From a virus (lineage: Duplodnaviria > Heunggongvirae > Uroviricota > Caudoviricetes), in IMG/VR virus record IMGVR_UViG_3300049638_000482: a DNA stretch of 26,457 nt; one strand, written 5' to 3'. Position 1 is the first letter of the stretch. Each line of letters opens with the position of its first letter. The position numbers and the translations under genes are program-made. This document shows, piece after piece, positions 23,102-26,457 of this stretch. Under the pieces are notes generated by a model. It searched no databases. It worked only from the letters and a program-made list of their open reading frames with translations, and had not been told where the DNA came from.

Positions 23102-24994
23102 ATGGTTGCAGACGGTTTTGAAGACCAGCAGTCGGAGGAGTCTGCGTCGGATGAGTTTTCCGGCGTTGATGATGACGTTCAGGACTTCTCGGAGAGCGGG
23201 TATTGGAACTCAGACGAGAACTCGGATGATGACGGTGATGACGGTCAGGACGGTCTTCTCCCCACTGATGACGATGAGGACTTCGAGGAGGGTTCTGAGG
23301 GGAATAGTGATGACGGTTTTCTCCCCGCAGATGATGACGAGGACGAAGACGGAGATGACGGTCTTCTCCCCGCTGATGACGATTCCGACGAGTATGAGGA
23401 CTCGGGTATTCTCCCCGATGATGAAAGCGTGGATATCTCGGACAGTCTCGCTTCCGATGGCACCGAGTCCGTGGCTGATGAGGGTGAGGATGAGGTTGAT
23501 TCCGATGTAGCCGATCCTAAGATGGGAGCAGTCAGTGAGGGTGGGGGTATTCAGGGAGCTGACGATTCTAACGCAGCCTTGAACTCCTCCGACAGCATTG
23601 AAGCCGCTATCCATGAAATGTCCGGTGGCTTCGAGATTCATAGTGGCATGGTGTATATTCCAGGCGACGTGGTTCTTCTCGAGTATGTTAAGAACTCTCG
23701 TAAAGAGACTCACATGGGTCTTACGCAGTCGATTAAGGAAGAGGGTCAGCTCCAGCCGATAACAGTGGTTGAGACTGCGGCATATGCCAAGTTTAAGGAG
23801 ACTAACCCTGAGGGGGTATTCACAGGTCGCAAGTACATCCTTGTTGATGGTCTTCGTAGAATGTATTCCATGGTCGCTCTGAGGTATGAGCAGGCTCAGG
23901 CTAATATTTTGACGTTTGAGCATCCTGAGAAGGCTGCCTCGGTCATCCCCCTGTTGCGCTGTTTGTATAATAAGGCTGAGCGTATGTCATGGCCTGAGCT
24001 CTGGGGGTATTTGAGGGTTCTTGACGAGTCTTACACTCTTGCTCCTAATATTGAGGAGTATTTGCTTGGACTTGATGGCGGCGATATCATGAAGCTCAAG
24101 GATATCATGGCTAATCAAGACAAATACCCCGACATTGTGGATAACCTCTTCTCTAAGAAGAAGACGCTCGACCAGTCTTACAGTGCTCTTAACAAGGCGC
24201 GTAAGGAGGAAGATAAGCTCCGTATGGAGGACCAGTCGGGTATTAGCTCCATTGAGGAAGCCAAAGACATCATGGAGGATGACCAAGGTGGTCAGCAGGG
24301 TGATAAGCTGAGTGAAGATGATGTGCGTGATATCCTTGAGATGGCTTCTGATTCCTTGAGCGATGATGATTTCGCTGGTAAGGATGCTGGCTTTGATATG
24401 GCAATGACAAAAGAGGACTACGGAGCGCAAGACGTTCACGCAAGGCATCCTCTTGACCCCGCTGTTAAGCAGGCCGTGTTCCGTAGGGATAACTTCACTT
24501 GTTGCGTTTGCGGCTTGAGCGGTACGCCTTTCCTCAGTGCATTGGTGGTTCATCATATTCGTCCTGTCTTGGCTAATGGTGGAGATAACTTCGCATCCCC
24601 GGTATTCATTGAAAGGGAGAATGGAGACCTCGGCCTTAATCCAGACAACAATCTTATTACATTGTGTGAAACCGACCATATCACTGCCCACGCCATCCAG
24701 TTCCAGCTCGGTGGTAAAATCCCTATGACGAGGGAAGAGTACGAGGGGTATTCCGAAGAGAAGAAGGAGCACGTCAGAAGGCTCAAGCTTCTCGTTGATG
24801 TCCTCGTGCGTTGCGATAAGGCTCTTAAGAAGAATCGTAAGGCTAAGCTGCCCATGATTCAGCACGATAAGCCTTGGGATAGTAACGAGGTTGCCGGTGA
24901 TGCTGTTTTGGCTTATAACAGCAGGAAGCAAGGTGACGCCAAGCCAATGGTCGGCAAGTTGGTTGAAGAGGAAGGCGACTCTGATGAAGAGTAG
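23102..24994 (+). CDS. ParB/Srx-domain - HNH endonuclease fusion with long acidic N-terminus
   Basis: LTQSIKEEGQLQPITVV...LVDGLRR (ParB N-domain); VFRRDNFTCCVCG...VHHIRPVLANGGDN...NLITLCETDH (HNH); about 150 D/E-rich N-terminal residues. Confidence 0.85.
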   Translation: MVADGFEDQQSEESASDEFSGVDDDVQDFSESGYWNSDENSDDDGDDGQDGLLPTDDDEDFEEGSEGNSDDGFLPADDDEDEDGDDGLLPADDDSDEYEDSGILPDDESVDISDSLASDGTESVADEGEDEVDSDVADPKMGAVSEGGGIQGADDSNAALNSSDSIEAAIHEMSGGFEIHSGMVYIPGDVVLLEYVKNSRKETHMGLTQSIKEEGQLQPITVVETAAYAKFKETNPEGVFTGRKYILVDGLRRMYSMVALRYEQAQANILTFEHPEKAASVIPLLRCLYNKAERMSWPELWGYLRVLDESYTLAPNIEEYLLGLDGGDIMKLKDIMANQDKYPDIVDNLFSKKKTLDQSYSALNKARKEEDKLRMEDQSGISSIEEAKDIMEDDQGGQQGDKLSEDDVRDILEMASDSLSDDDFAGKDAGFDMAMTKEDYGAQDVHARHPLDPAVKQAVFRRDNFTCCVCGLSGTPFLSALVVHHIRPVLANGGDNFASPVFIERENGDLGLNPDNNLITLCETDHITAHAIQFQLGGKIPMTREEYEGYSEEKKEHVRRLKLLVDVLVRCDKALKKNRKAKLPMIQHDKPWDSNEVAGDAVLAYNSRKQGDAKPMVGKLVEEEGDSDEE

Positions 24995-25039
24995 TAACCC
25001 GAAGAGCATCAAGCATCTTGCAAGATAGGACAATATAAC

Positions 25040-25426
25040 ATGGAATCAACTCTGATAGAAGGCATCGACAAATCCTTCATACCGCCTCTCCTTCTTAATA
25101 TTCTGTTGTTCGTGGCTGTTGTGGTCGCCATCTCATTGGTGTGGTGGTTGCTTAAGAAGACTAGGATGCTTGTCAAGACGGTTGTGACCTTCATCCTCGT
25201 GGGTATTCTTTTTGGCGGTGTCCAGTTCAATAACTGGCAGGATTACAGGCATTTGGAGAACGCCTCCATTTCGATTAGCGGTCAAGTAATCCCAGTCCGG
25301 GGTATTGATGACATTGAGATTTCCGGCTCCCAAGCCAAGATAACCTACCACGGAACCACTTATACAATCCATGATAAGAGCGTCGTTGACGCTCTTCGCA
25401 ATTACAATCGGTTCGCAAAGAAGTAA
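25040..25426 (+). CDS. Small membrane protein (2 TM plus short beta-rich domain)
   Basis: LLLNILLFVAVVVAISLVWWLL and VVTFILVGILFGG. Confidence 0.75.
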   Translation: MESTLIEGIDKSFIPPLLLNILLFVAVVVAISLVWWLLKKTRMLVKTVVTFILVGILFGGVQFNNWQDYRHLENASISISGQVIPVRGIDDIEISGSQAKITYHGTTYTIHDKSVVDALRNYNRFAKK

Positions 25427-25444
25427 AGAAAAGGACGGTGCAAG

Positions 25445-26200
25445 ATGGACGAAGAAACAAACGAAGAGTTGGGTAATGACGAGCTGACCGACCTTCAAGC
25501 CGATTTCGACGCCCTCGTCAAGAAGGAAAAGGAGGAGGGCGTTCCGCTGTCCGCTGAGTCCTTGCAGAAGGCCTTGGCTGACTGCACATACGCAGAACAG
25601 GCTGTGGTGAGCGCCGTTGTTGGGAATTACCTCACCTATGGCAGCAATTGGGTCATCTTGCCTAAGCTCACCAAGGATATTGAAGAGCTGGTCTCCGACC
25701 TCACCCACGCGGGTATTTGCAAGTTGTGGAAGTTTACCTTCGGCGGCGTGTTGGAGGTTTCCCCTAAGTGGCTCAATAAGAAGCTGTCCTTCCTCGGAAC
25801 CAATACACTGAAAGAGGCTATCAAAAGGGCGAAATCCGACTGGTCTAAGGTTCAAGAGTACTTCTGCTCTGATGATACTCCTGATGAGGGCTATGTTATT
25901 TTCTGGGGTGTCACCAATGAGGACAAGATGAACCTTACAGATAGCGCCGATGATAAGGATGACATTCCTTGCTTTAATGTGAGTATGCAGGCTTTGCGAG
26001 CGCAGTTGTTGAAGGTTGGATACGAGTTGTGCGACCTCAACCAGTGTGGCATGCTCCCTCAGGCTCAGGGTATTCTTGCGCTTTATTGGAAAGCTGACAA
26101 GGATTATGGTGAGATGCCCGAAGAGGAGCAGGAGTCCATCATCCAGGGTATTCGCGATGCAGTAACCTTCGATATCAACGACGTGGATCTCGAGCTGTAA
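25445..26200 (+). CDS. Hypothetical acidic protein
   Basis: AAGGA upstream; core codon usage; TAA at 26198-26200. Confidence 0.8.
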   Translation: MDEETNEELGNDELTDLQADFDALVKKEKEEGVPLSAESLQKALADCTYAEQAVVSAVVGNYLTYGSNWVILPKLTKDIEELVSDLTHAGICKLWKFTFGGVLEVSPKWLNKKLSFLGTNTLKEAIKRAKSDWSKVQEYFCSDDTPDEGYVIFWGVTNEDKMNLTDSADDKDDIPCFNVSMQALRAQLLKVGYELCDLNQCGMLPQAQGILALYWKADKDYGEMPEEEQESIIQGIRDAVTFDINDVDLEL

Positions 26201-26210
26201 GAAGGGTGGA

Positions 26211-26456
26211 ATGATGGCGAAAGAAGATGTGGTGTTCATCACAACGGACGAAATGCTCCGACCAGGATTCTGTGGCGTGGTACAGGGGAAAGTGCTAGGA
26301 GGTGCCGATGAGGGCGGTATGCAGGGCGCCACGAAAGGGATGGTCACTTATGACATGACCAGGGACGCTAAGCTGTCCAGTGGTGCCCTTATGAAGTTCC
26401 CTAAGGGGTTTGTAAAGACCTACAAGGAAGGGGACTCCCTCTGGGTATTTTCACCG
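26211..26456 (+). CDS. 3'-truncated hypothetical protein (MMAKEDVVFITTDEMLRPG...)
   Basis: GGGTGG upstream; frame open to the window end; absent from the ORF track because there is no stop. Confidence 0.6.
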   Translation, partial: MMAKEDVVFITTDEMLRPGFCGVVQGKVLGGADEGGMQGATKGMVTYDMTRDAKLSSGALMKFPKGFVKTYKEGDSLWVFSP

Positions 26457-26457
26457 G

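Larger units (their letters stand above)
206..26449 (+). repeat. Dispersed, strand-polar heptamer GGGTATT (about 83 copies)
   Basis: Hand count, e.g. 206, 327, 599, 997, 1333, 1686, 1727, 2704, 2726, 2936, 3491, 3774, 3874, 4268, 4439, 4718, 5078, 5870 ... 25711, 26068, 26146, 26443. Reverse complement AATACCC seen only at 6582, 19275, 24123. Confidence 0.95.
1..26457 (+). mobile_element. Segment of a large phage-like or megaplasmid-like element with its own replication, recombination and topology genes
   Basis: Unidirectional dense coding, many ORFans, highly diverged topoisomerase, DnaB, ligase and RuvC homologues clustered with cell-wall hydrolases; no chromosomal housekeeping operons. 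No virion or conjugation ATPase gene in the window to fix the class. Confidence 0.8.

Noticed and set aside
206-26449. GGGTATT as a telomere-like repeat, G-quadruplex array or restriction site
   Set aside because: Copies are isolated rather than tandem, too far apart for quadruplexes, and enriched rather than depleted; strand asymmetry is not expected for a simple restriction-modification target.
206-26449. GGGTATT as a by-product of Gly-Ile codon preference
   Set aside because: It occurs in all three frames and in intergenic DNA, and GGTATT preceded by a non-G base is about tenfold rarer.
1-26457. tRNA/rRNA genes, stop-codon reassignment, inteins or introns in topoisomerase, DnaB or ligase
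   Set aside because: No cloverleaf or rRNA-like sequence seen; TAA, TAG and TGA all end well-defined genes; conserved enzymes read through without splicing motifs.

Overview
A 26.5-kb stretch of a large, gene-dense mobile element (jumbo-phage or megaplasmid-like; no capsid, terminase, T4SS ATPase or integrase lies in the window, so the class is unresolved). All ~27 credible genes are on the + strand and use the standard code. It carries a divergent DNA-metabolism toolkit: SNF2 helicase, DnaC-like protein, type IIA topoisomerase B and A subunits, DnaB helicase, stand-alone primase-type CHC2 zinc finger, RuvC-like resolvase, a truncated NAD-ligase with a KxNG active site, and a ParB-HNH fusion. 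A four-gene envelope cluster includes two different peptidoglycan hydrolases that share a C-terminal membrane module. The most striking signal is not a gene: the heptamer GGGTATT occurs about 83 times on the + strand (hand count, about 2 expected) versus about 3 times on the - strand. It falls roughly every 320 bp, in all three reading frames and in intergenic DNA, which points to an unrecognised polar DNA or RNA signal covering the element. All calls come from motif reading by eye; no database searches were run.
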